The notes under the pieces are model-generated. The model was not told the DNA's origin. It searched no databases and saw only the letters and a list, made by a program, of their open reading frames with translations. The translations under genes were made by a program, and so were the position numbers. A stretch of 64,000 bases of DNA. Origin: Klebsormidium nitens (lineage: Eukaryota; Plantae; Klebsormidiophyceae). The stretch spans positions 1-64,000 of the forward strand of contig DF237397.1 in NCBI GenBank assembly GCA_000708835.1, written 5' to 3'. Below, piece by piece: positions 47,855 through 59,480 of the stretch; position 1 is the first letter of the stretch, and every line of letters starts with the position of its first letter.

Positions 47855-50800
47855 GACCCAAGTTAGCAGCCCCAAACAACACCAATAATGCGTAGCCCAA
47901 ATCCAGCCAACATTTCAGCTGAGGCGTCTAAGCCACTCAATCAGGAGTTCTAAATTATTTCTTGCAAGGTTTGCTGCTGAAATATCAAAACCTTTTGGCA
48001 GCCCCAAATTCTGTCATCCTTGTTGCTAACTTAGCCAACCTAACCCGAATTGACAATTCAAAACCTTTGCTGAAGTTCGAATCAAGGCACCCTAAACATC
48101 ATCTGAACATCCGCAGGCACAAACTAACCCATTGTGGCAGCCCCAAGTACCACGCTTATGGCTAACCTGGCCAGCTTAACCCAGATAAACGTGGTAGTAG
48201 CGGAGCGGCCCCCTTATGCATATCCCAACGCTTCGGACCCTTATGGCTGGTCGGGGATGCTGGTCTCTCTGATTCCGGTGCTGTTTCAAGCGGCGGGAAT
48301 CAATGCATCGCTCAACTTTTACGAGTCGCCAGACAACGGGGGAGGGACACTAAAGAATGGCACGTGGAACGGTGAGTGGTCCTCAGATTGTAAGATTTTC
48401 GGACAATTGTGGTTCGAGATTTCTGAGTATGCGGGCCAATGCGGGAAACGTCGGAGAAAGTGTTGAGTCATCCCTTGACACCTTGAAGACTTATGTTGAG
48501 GTTGGGAACAGCTTTCAGAGCTCGGTGAGGAAATTGGTTAAGATGCCCACTTCTCTAGGAAGCAACAACCTGCAGCCACTGGATTTCACAACGGTCCAAA
48601 GGAGAACCAGCTAGAATCCTAGCCCAGCATCTGAAACTTCTGGTTAAGCCCGTAATCTTGTGCCATCTTTTAATGAAACCAAGGTCTGTGCAGTGCTTAC
48701 TTAGACACACGTACGCCCCTGCATTGCGATAGCTCATACTGCGAAACCGATCGAATGCCGTAATGCATGGCTGAGCACAGGTCATCTGGGCGACGTTGAT
48801 TGAAGCCACGTGTCACCATGTTGCGGCGCCAGGTGTCACCGGAGAGCTCATTGCCAAGCGCGCAGACATTGCCGCTTTCCCTCTCGTACAATCACCGGGC
48901 CGTCCCGACTACATCGACATGTCGTACTCGTACAACGAAGCGGGGCTAGGGATTCTGGTGAAGAAACAGGTAAGGGGTCATTCTTGATCTGCTGGTGCAT
49001 TTATTGCCTCAACCCGTCAATGGCAGAACACATAGGCTGTCCGTTTGGAACCGCCCTTTGCGGAGCCCTTTGGAGTGGATTCCAGACAAGCCCCGAAGTT
49101 TTGCTGACCTCTTCTCCGCCGATTAGTCGAGTTGTTTCGTAATGGATGGCGTGATGGAATTTGCGCAGGTCGTCACATCACCTGGCGGAGTAATTCTCGT
49201 CCTCGTAAAGTTCTCAATTCGCTATATTGCACGTTTATGTTGCTCGCCTCCATTCTGCTTCGATTCCTCGCTGCAATATTGCAAACGGCAAAGCAGAATA
49301 CGGAGTTAGAGTTCAACGGGTGGAGCCGCTTTGAGTTTCGAGACGTCAACGTTAAGAACTTGGATCAAAGCACCTCAGGTGACATGACCTGACTTATCTG
49401 CTCACCACGAGCGCTGCATTTCACGTTCCGGGCAATGACTCTTCCCTTAAGCCCCTGTTAAGCCGCTCGGTAAAGGACCCGAAACCTTCCACGTGCAGAA
49501 AAGGAGACAGCCTTTTCAGGTGACCAAAGTAGATTGGCCAACTTAAGTGACCAACTTTGCATCGAGTGACCAACTTGAGTGATTCTACGTAGACCAACTT
49601 CGACTCATTGAAGTTACTTTCCAACGTTCTCAATGTCATTTGCAGATCTCTAGCAGCAGCGGCACTACGCTTTATCTGAAGCCCTTCACCTCCGATCTGT
49701 GGGCCGTTCTTATATGCACAGTCTTGGGGATGGGCTTCGCTCTGTATCTCCTATCCCTGGTCTCGCCGCTCGGGGGATACGCTATCAAGCGCATGCGTAA
49801 CGTGACGGCTGGTACGGAGGAGCAGCGTTACGTTATCGAAGACAGTAAGACCGCCCACCCTTCGCTCGTGATTCTTCGTTCTGTTATCCGGCCGTTCGAT
49901 CGTTTTTCAGATCGAGCTCCCGCACCTTGGTATTCTGTTGACGTTTGCTTGCTCACGTCGGGCTCGAACAAGAGTGATGGCAATCTTCTTCGCTTTTGAG
50001 CTCTTAGCTTGTGGATGCCTCTGGAACCTTCCAGTTGGAAGTCCTCTCCGCACGATTTGGGATTGGTAATCTCGCTTCCTTTTTGTAAACCCTCTCCGAT
50101 ACTCTTCTCTTGATTCAGAACGCTGGTCTTTGTGTGCAGTGTTGGACTCTTTCCTCATTGACGTCCTCATGGTAAGTCTTTCAGAAACCTAAAGCAGAGG
50201 AGCCTAGATTAAGCGCCCAAAGGCCCGAACTTAAAAGATCGGCTGGTAGCTGATGAAGTAATCTATTGCTCTTAGTTCATGAGGCCTTCCACATTATCGG
50301 CATGCGGATCTAACAGTCCGGCAAAGGAAGTTTGCTTCATCCAGAAACTGTGCCCAACTCTTTCCACTTTGTGCAAGTCCTGCCGCCTTTTCTGAGCTGG
50401 CACTGCTTTGCACCTTCCCTCCCAAGGAGAGACTCTATCTACTTTAGATTACGTCACGGTGGTGGAAAGCCTGTGTCGCCTGCCCTACACCATACGCTCA
50501 TAGTTAATCCCTGACAATGCGCGTCAAATCCGGAATCAGTCACCACTTATCATTGGTATCAGAGCGTTGAGAGCTGTGGAAATTGTAACTTGTAACGGCG
50601 GGCTCTTTCAGAATGTACTCGTGGTGGCCCTTGACTATGCGTCGGAAGGAAGTAGACATAATTACCTCATTCGTTGCAAGTAAACAGTCGAGTGCTTCGC
50701 TCACCGTGGCTCCTCTCTTGTGCGTGCAGGCCGCTGTGAACAACGCCTGGGAGCCACGTGGCAAGTCCTGGTCCATTCGATTGCCGTTCGTTGCCTACAT

Positions 50801-52790
50801 CTTCTTCATGCTCATCATCATCTCTAGTTACACCGTAAGTCTTACTGATTCCCTGCGGAAACTCTTCGGAGTCGTGTTGTTCTTGACAATGAAACTCAGC
50901 TATCTTTTCTTCCTTGTTCATTCAACTCGCAATCCAGTCATTAGAGTAGACGAAGCCTCTCGCCTTGAGAACAGCCGATCCTACGTCCAGAGATGACATA
51001 TCGCCTGCCCCTACCCTCGTTGGCGGCAGCGGTCATGCTACCTGAAGGGGTCTGAAACCGCCGCTTAACCGGTGCCGAACCCTCTTTGCTCCAGGCCGAC
51101 TCCGCCTCGGAATGTGACGGTTAAAACTCACGTTTTGGAGATTGAACTCAGCACCGCTTCCATTCTTGATTCGAAACCGGCGCTTGACCCCCTTCCTTGC
51201 CCCCTTTTCTCACAGGCCAACTTCGCTTCCTACCTGACCGTTAACCAGTTCAGCACCGTGGTTAGCAGCCTCCAGGACCTCAAGAAGGGCGGCCTCAATT
51301 TCACGATCAACGCGGGGGGGGCGACGTACACCTACTTCACTCAGAGCCTGGCCCCCACGATCCTGACGCTCCAACCCAAGCTCTCCGTAAGTTTCAAGTC
51401 TGAGTTTCATTTTGAGTCTTGATTGGACTTCGGCTTTTGAATGAGTTTGCATCTGGGGTTGTCGTTCGGGTTTGTCGTTCGGGTTTGGGTTTACCCCTCT
51501 GAGGCCGTCGATGTCTGAGATCCTGAAGCTCTTATCCAATCCTCCGTTAGTTTGGAGTTGTCTGAAGTTAGCTGATACTTGTGACGTCACTCAATGCGTC
51601 GGCGTGCTCAAGTAACGTACAAAGATTTACTTCTCCCCAGAAATCTGCCACTGGCCATGTTTGGGTTTCTCAAGGATGCCGTCAACGCTTTAGAAGTTGC
51701 AGAATCTTGATGCAGTCCGACGAGATGCTGCTCCTCCTTACAAAGTGCCTGATAATCCTGGCCTTTGCTTTTTTATTCCTGATTTCATGCCCGATCGGGT
51801 GCGATAGGATCTCGAGTTGCGGCCGGTCAATGGAAGCTTCGTTATCACAGCTATCAAAGCGGAAGACTTTGCTGACTATACTTGCTGAAGGGTTAGGGTT
51901 GCTCTTGCCAACCCAGTTTTAACTGGCAAGTTATCAACCCAAAATCAAGGTGTTCACCAGCCAACTTAACCTGTGTTGCTGGGAAACGCGTTGGGGTTCA
52001 AGTTGCTCTTGTCTCAAGCTGTTAGAAATTGTGGTTCTAACCCGCTGTGTTTCTTCCGTCGATACGACCGCTTTTAAAGCATTCCCCGCCGCTTGTAAGT
52101 CCTCACAGGGAAGATCCATTCGAGCCCCAAACACACTCCTGTCGCTTCAAATGTTTTGATCAAGCTGATATCTGACGACTCCACGTTTTCCTGGGCACTG
52201 GCCAGATCAACCACGTGCAGAATCACTCAGGAATTTGTCGCCGTCAACCCGTCACAAACTTGTAGCTTGACGTCAATTCGCTGACCCGCTTCTTTTCATC
52301 TCTTCTCTCAAAAATCAACAACCCCATTCGGACAGGACTGCCCTTGCGGCGTCAGCGCTAACGTCACCTATCGCGTCTTGCCTCGGAATTTCGAAGCCAT
52401 TTTCCCTGGGCCTGGCTTCCGTTGGTTTCGGTGCCGCTTCCGCTCACATTGCGGAAACGCCGATTCTGCTTCCGAGCTGCGACGTCAGCGCTGACGTCAT
52501 CTTTCCTCTTTCACGCAGACCGTCGACGCCACCTTTCCGGGCCTGGATTCCGTCCGTTCCGGTGCCGCTTCCGCTTACATCGGCGAGTCCCCGACGCTGC
52601 GTTACTTCGCGGGAATGGAGCCTTGCGACCTGGCCGTTGTGGGGCAGCCTTTTGGCCCGTCGGTCTATACCCTCGGCCTGCAGGTACATACCGTTCCGTT
52701 CCGCAGTTTCGTTCCGCTCTGATCCTAGAGTACTTCGCCAGAGGGGATCCGTGCGACCTGGCCGTCGCAGTTCTAGGGGCCCTCGTTTCG
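47855..52790 (+). repeat. Scattered splice-junction echoes in GLR-B introns
   Basis: gcag|CCCCAA acceptor echoed at 48002 and 47870; cag|GCC.AC at 51095; a ~140-bp unit at 52345-52480 duplicates the 52519 exon head; an exon-tail echo (TACTTCGC...TGCGACCTGGCCGT) lies at about 52705-52790. Confidence 0.75.
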
Positions 52791-54267
52791 CGTCTTGTTC
52801 CGCTTCAGATTCGTACGAGCTTGATTTGAAAAGGTCCTGATGCCAGAGGCTGAAAATTGCTACGGCGGCACAGAGAATGATGCGTTTCGACAAAAGGCTT
52901 GGCCGACCCATCAAAACTTGTTCAGAGCAATTGGCGAAACTCAAGGCGTTCATTCTCTGGACTGGTATGTCTGACGGCCCAGACTCTGCACCTTGTCGTG
53001 GCTCCAGGTTGTAATTGCCAATTTGCTAGCTTTGACTGCACCTCTTGTGGGAAGAACAAGTGGTTTGAGCTGGTGAACGAGGAGGGGCTATGACCGAATC
53101 GTGCGTGGTCAGAAAGTCAGCAGCATTTGACTCCCCATAGATAGATATTCGCAGCATTTCGCTTTCGGCTTCTTGGACATGTGAGAGGGCAGATTGGCGA
53201 TTTAGTACGCTAGCCGTTCGAGGCGTCCCTTTCTTTGCGATAAATCTGTCCTCAAGCGGTCATCACGTCATGCCCACGTCATCCTTTCTGCAGTTCAACT
53301 CTCCTTACACGCCACGAATCAATGAGGCCATGCTGACACTCAAGGGGAACGGCTATTTGGACCGACTCCAAAGGATATGGATCCAGGACGCCAACGTATG
53401 TGGTGGCAACTCTGCAAGCGTAAGTTCCGCAGCTCTTGGGCTCCGGTACGAACCTAAAGCTCTGAGTCGGGGCACAGATTCATCGTCTTGACTGACTGCA
53501 TGAAATCTTCGTATTAAGCCCACCGCTCCGTAGCTGCTGTCACTTCGATGGTGTTCCGATGTACTCAGCAGAGTCCCTCCTCAGGTCGTGTTTATTGTGT
53601 TAGCGTAGGCACTTACACTCCTGATAAGCGGACGAACTTCAGATTCTGACTGCATCAGTTCTCGATACCCGTTGCACAATTCATCCGTTGTAATCTTCGA
53701 GTCCTTCGAAGGCTGTTCAACGAAACTTCGCACGTCTGCCCTTCGCTCTCTACTTCAACCAACCCCAGAATTTGGCGTCTTAACCCGGATTCTTAGAAAC
53801 TGTTTCGCTCGGGTTCTGCGATCCTCACCCACCGTTCGACTCTTCGCCATTCTCCGCAGGACACGATCGGGGCGCTGAGCATCAGCGACTTCTCCGGCCT
53901 GTGGTACCTCTTGCTGGTCGCCATCGCGTTCGGTTTTGTCTGGGCGGGGCTCGAGCGGTACGTACTTTTCCTCCTCACCCGGTACCCTTCACTTAGGGAC
54001 CGGTTGGCCGCGTGGAAGGCGGCCGCGGCGCGCCACGGAAAGAACTTCGAAATGACCCGGGTGTTCTCGCACGTGTTTTCCCGGTCGGTATCCATACTCG
54101 TACGGAGTAAGTCCGAGATCGCGGCCGCGACGCCGACGGGGCGCGCGCGCGCGCCTGCGAGCGCCGAGGAGGAGAGGTCGACGGAAAGGGCGGCGCGGCT
54201 TGCGGTGGAGAATTACGATCGGGAAAAGGCGGAGCGCGCCGCACAGAAAGTAGGGCGGTTGTGGTAA
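48141..54267 (+). CDS. GLR: Glutamate receptor-like channel B, tandem paralog of A; exons 48141-48371, 48833-48969, 49646-49844, 50140-50171, 50730-50834, 51216-51386, 52519-52683, 53294-53419, 53860-54267; first exon not resolved
   Basis: VVAERPPY...NGTWNG|VTGELIAKRADIAAFPL...R, YLKPFTSDLW, IISSYT|ANFASYLTV, GGATYTYF, YIGESPTL, PCDL, RIWIQDANVC and FSGLWYLL. Exon sizes 137/199/32/105 are identical to paralog A. Confidence 0.92.
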
Positions 54268-56113
54268 TCCTAGAACTTAGGTTGCAGGAAGGTCAATAAA
54301 AGGTTTTCGTGATTCAGGAAGGTTCAAAGGGTTGGAGTTTTAAGGGGACTAAAAAGGACGGCGAGGGCTGCCGGCTGGCGGTCTCGATAGATTCCTCATT
54401 GCTCGCAGGTAATCAGCGTCAGATATAGCAAGAGTCTGGCCGTATATATTTCGGCATAATGGTGGGAGGTTTGGTTCGTGACGAGTCGGATTAACCTTCT
54501 CGATCCGGGCCTTCCTTACTTCGGTTGAAGGGCATTGGAATGGGCTCTCTGTCCCCGCGACGGTAGTCCGAAACGTCCTGATGGTGTTGACCCAATTAGT
54601 CAGTAAAATGTGTCAGTAGACTTTGTCAATTACTGACTTTACTAGTCAAACATATAGCGTGCAGAATGGGGGCTTCTCCTACGGTCGAGGTTGGGTAGAG
54701 TGCTCGGAAGCCAATGCCCGCACGGTGCGAAGGTCGTCAAACCGGTATCAGACAAAAGGAACCTACAAATCTGCGTTTCAAGTTCATTTCATAATTCGGT
54801 GTCGTCATAAAGGATTGATATCGATTTGGCTACCACCTTGGACATTAGTATGCCAATCAAGTCCCCTTGAAATTGTATATTAGCGGTCAGCCTGTCTTGC
54901 ATCCATTGCCTAACGACCAATTCATTTTCGTACTAAGTTTGATGGACGCTTTAGGTGATGATCGTGCAGTGTTCGAATTTAATGGTTATGTACAGCATTG
55001 AATTGGCTGGCTAACCGTGTTGTTTTCATTGTGCCCCATGCAGCCGGACGACGTGTAGACTCCGATTATTAGGATAAGTGTTGGATTCTTTCAGTAAACT
55101 ACCCAAGCGTGCATGACATGGCACGCATGGTGTCGTTTGATCGAACCCTCATTGAACGTCCGAGGGCGCAAACGGGTGCATGAGCATGCATGGTTTTTAG
55201 ATCGGATAATGAACTTCTACCCCTGGCGCGGCGGCCAAGGTTTAGTGTATGGCTTCGTTGGTACCCCAATAATCCGCGGGCGGCCGTGCAGCAAGCAGCC
55301 GCCAAGCTTTTAGTGCCGCGCATGAGCTGAGCTTACCGTACAGTGATCGATTCGAACGACTGTCGGCCGGCACGCAACCGGTATACATCATATGTGGTGG
55401 TTTAGTAGTCGGCTTGCAGTAAACCGTCAGTGCACACGTTGTTGATTGATAGTAAAGTCGATGCCACTGAGAGGGCCGCAGGTGGACAGTGCGCGATCGA
55501 AATGATGACCGTTTCGTTGTAGACCCAAAAGCCATTATAGCCAAGTCGTAGAAACCGCTTAGGAAAACCTGTTATGCTTTAGATCATAAAGCCGTGTCCA
55601 CGCCGGTCATGCACAGTACGTTCCTAATTGCTGATGCAAACTATATGCTAGCTCAGCTAGTTAAGTACATTAAGAGTCTTGGTCCGATCATGTCACTGGG
55701 CCAGATTCAATATGTCGGGCGGTCTGCATAAAGTAGAGGCCGTCTTTCGACTACTTTTTAAACATGCAAGTCGAAATAATCAAATTTTTGGCCGCCCTGA
55801 TGGCGAATATGATGAAAATATAAGTATATATATACGGTATGGTAACAAATCGACACGATTTAAATTGACGCCCTTAACCGGCCGGCGCTGCAATGATGGC
55901 CACATGGTGACCGCCGCGCAAATCCGGCTTTCAATCTAAGTTCAACTATAACTGCAAGCCTTCCATCGAGATGCAACTTCAGGTTTCCAACGTTCGCTAC
56001 ATGTACGGTCTTTAGCAAGCACTGCAGTAACACGCAACATGGTATTCAGGGCCACTAGTTGTGGCGCTACGTAGAATATAACAATCAATTGATTGCAATG
56101 CGGTGGGTTGACG

Positions 56114-58846
56114 CTACTTAGATGTTCGTACTTCTTGAGGATCGATCGCATGTGCCAATCTGTCGGTTGGCCCTTCAGACTCTGTCACGGCTAGTTCTTG
56201 AGAACGCACTTGAAGCTCAAGGTGTTTGAGAAGCAGCTCCGAGCTGGTCATTGCAACTATCATAGCGAGCCACAGTCCTGGAGTGCCACTGTCTCGATAT
56301 GTACTGTCAGTGAGGAAATGGACAAACGCTATTGCGGGCCGTGATAGGATACTGGCGTACCTGCATGCAGCCAAAGGCACACGTTTCAATGGCTGGTGAC
56401 TGCATTGGATCAGCGGTGAACAAATGGCTTGGTCCTGACCTCGGAATCTGCTCTTTGAGAGACCATACCAAAGACAAGTATATAGTTTCACAGTTGTCAA
56501 CGGCTTTGCCTCTGGTTCGTTGTGCAACATTCGCTTCTCTGCTTCTATGAGAGCGTATTGAGGGATTACTAATATTGGTTCAAGCCAGAGATTTTGCAGA
56601 TTCCTTCCAGATTGAATGGTAGTGTCCACTTCAAGGAGGAGCCGCTGTCAAAGCGGTACTTGGCGAGTTCTACTTGTTCGTAGAAACAAATCCTTCGAAG
56701 GAGAGTCAATTGTCGACCCGTTCCTGGATCTTCGCCGGGGTCTCTCGATCGCTTCATAACCCAGTCAGTAATATAGACAGACTCCCAATTGCTTGGAGGG
56801 GCTTGACCGGCAAAGGATCCTGAGCGGTTGATTAAATGACTTCTTGATTCAAATCAAGCGACCCTTACAACATGCCTCTCCTGAAATGGCGGAATCATCC
56901 GCAGACAAACGCAGCCCAGCGACTGGCGACATCGTGAGACATTATGGGAGGACATAAGAAACTGACAAGGGATTCCTTTGCTGGCATCTACTGCAGGGTC
57001 TCAATTGCTGATCCACACAGCCTAATCTGGACCGCCAGGGCGCCTTACAGATCCGTGATGCTCGTATGCTCTGAAGGCCTGCTTTGAGTTATATCGTTCT
57101 CTGCGATTTGTCGCAACGGACAAGTTAATTGGCGTTAAACCTCAAACAAGCAGGTACTCCGATCTAGGCCTACGCACTCACGGCCTCAACCGCAAGTTCC
57201 TTGACAGTTGAGTATATAAGGTGATGAATGCATGGTAACAACCTACCAAGTATCTCTTTGAACCCGAGCAAGGAAGAGGAATACGAGAGAGAAAGAGGAA
57301 TGAAAAGGAAAGAGACGAAGAGAGATAGAGAAAGGTGGGATCGAGACTCACCCTGCAGCCATTGTCCTGACCACCCACTTCTCATGCGCCGTCACTAGCC
57401 TCCTCTTAATAGTCCAAAGCGCCATCCCCCCACAACCAAGCCACAGGACCGATAGCGCCAAACAAGGGGCTGCAAACCCAGGGAATTCTGACCGGGGGGC
57501 CATAACCAGCCCCGTGACAGACAGACAACCCCCGCACATCAGGAAGACGTAGCCCGAGACACGGTGGAGGGAAGCGTGGCGTCTGAGGGTTCCCGGAAAA
57601 TTGAATTGCAGGAGGGTAGAGCAGATGTAGAGACTTGCGCATGATGCGTGCAGGCACCAGAGGGGGAAGTTGCTGAAGATGTGCTGGCCCGCATCGGAGG
57701 CTTTGTCCCAGGAACCTGACGATATTAAGATTGTAAGGCGATGGAAACAGATGCATCATCTTTCATGATCATCAGAAGCTCCCTAATACATTGCTTCAAT
57801 CGGCAATCGAACCAGTGGCTTGACGAAGGGGCCACTTGAGGAGACTGCTCAAACTGGGGAGATGGCAGGCTGCAAGTTTCAGATAATTCACAGGTCGGAG
57901 GTCAATCCTTGCGTGCAACAGAACACTTGTTCTGGTGACTTGGATCAAAGAGCAAACAGAGCGCACATGACAAATTCAAGCAACAGACTTGCACGAGCCT
58001 CATCACAAGCGGCTCCAAGCGGCTCCGACGCTCTCTCTTCAGAGCGTCGGCTCCATCATATCTGCTCCAGTACACCACCACGAGCCATTTTTTTGGACTC
58101 CTTAAAGGATTCACTGCTTCGCATGTATCACTTGGCCAAGACAATACATTCAGCAGTCAGACCGATGAGTCTCAGTCCAGTGCAGATTAGACACAAAACC
58201 GGTGATGAGCAGTTGCTCAAAGACTGAAGACTGAAAGACTGCCTACAGAATGACACTTTGACTTCACATGAGGGATACCTCCAGCATCTTTTGGCTCACC
58301 TGGCGTTAGGGGCTGTATGAGGGGCTCATAGCCAGAAGCAAAAGCAAGGGCGTACAACAGGAAAGGCACCGAGGTGAATGTGACGAACTTTAGTGCCTTG
58401 CTACTCTGCCAATCTACATGAGTACTAATCCTGGTATCATTTTGTTTTGTTGCTGGAAGTCTTTGATGCAAGAATCTTGGTGTCGGAGGACTGGCGAGGT
58501 TGGGCCGTTGACTGTTGGTGAAGTACCAGCTAGCGTGCTTTAGAATCCGTGAGCTCCGCAGTTGGAATGATGGGGCACCAGTGCCGGCTAGTCCTTTGGC
58601 AGCTGAAGTTTGATGTATGAGGTTTTCACTGGATCTAGAAGAAGTTGGTGGTGGTTGGAAGATGCGTTTGAGGTTGTGAACAGGTTTAGAACTTAAGCAA
58701 AGGCGTCTATCTGTGCCGGTGCCCATGAAAGGGAGAGCCAGCCTATCAATCGCAGAGTTGGATTCCTCCAGCTTCCCTGACACTTCGACATCCTTGAGGA
58801 TGCATTGTGGCTGGGCCCAGCTGGCCACACTTTGATGAATGTCCAT
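56114..58846 (-). CDS. DUF2306-like predicted membrane protein; exons 58846-58279, 57715-57352, 56360-56114 (~392 aa)
   Basis: Phase-compatible exons give ...LHASCASLYICSTLLQFNFPGTLRRHASLHRVSGYVFLMCGGCLSVTGLVMA...WTIKRRLVTAHEKWVVRTMAAG|YASILSR...LWLAMIVAMTSSELLL. The H...QF...LHR.SG and H..W..R pattern is recalled for DUF2306. Confidence 0.72.
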
Positions 58847-59480
58847 TGTTTCAAAAACAGGAGCACTGAGACAGAAAGTGGCGAATCACAGGAACCAAAT
58901 TGGTATATCTACTTATGGACTGAATAAGCTCCGCACTGAAGAACGTTCGAGTTGACGTGAAAGAAGCACAAGAATTCAAGACCGCCGACAGGGACGGGGG
59001 AGGCCTCCTTCAGATTCAATGATCAGGCCTTTCCCTGATCAGGCCATTCGTTGCAGTGGTTAGCAATGACCATTGCGACCATTCCTGAGGCTGTAGGCAG
59101 ACAGGTGAGACTGTTCATGACAGAAAGTAAACGGCGCAGAATCACCATTCTTAAAGTGCGGCTGCACCATTTGCCTCTGACGTCCCTTCTGCTGCACCAC
59201 TTTTTCCTTCGCTTTCAAGTTTCCTTTGCTCAGGCTGTGCCGCCACTTTCGCATGTTTGGCAGTTTGGGGACTCTGAAAGTTCCGCAGAGGCGACCAGGC
59301 TCGGGGAATCAAGGCTAATCTGTCGCCGTCCAACATTGTCCAAGTGTGAAGCTCAGCTGGCTGGCTTGCAAAGGTCGTGACATGCATTGCGTGTCTTTCC
59401 ATGGAGCTTCGAGGACCGGGGCCATTCTGTGCGCAGTAGGACTCGGAGCTGGGGCCCAGGGCCACTCTCTTTTAGGGCTC

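Noticed and set aside
36880-51910. Telomere-like GGGTTT/TTAGGG/AAACCCT fragments in GLR introns
   Set aside because: They are isolated and degenerate, with no run of perfect tandem units.
54270-56110. Possible gene or transposon in the convergent intergenic region
   Set aside because: Only short ORFs, with no recognisable domain or terminal repeats.
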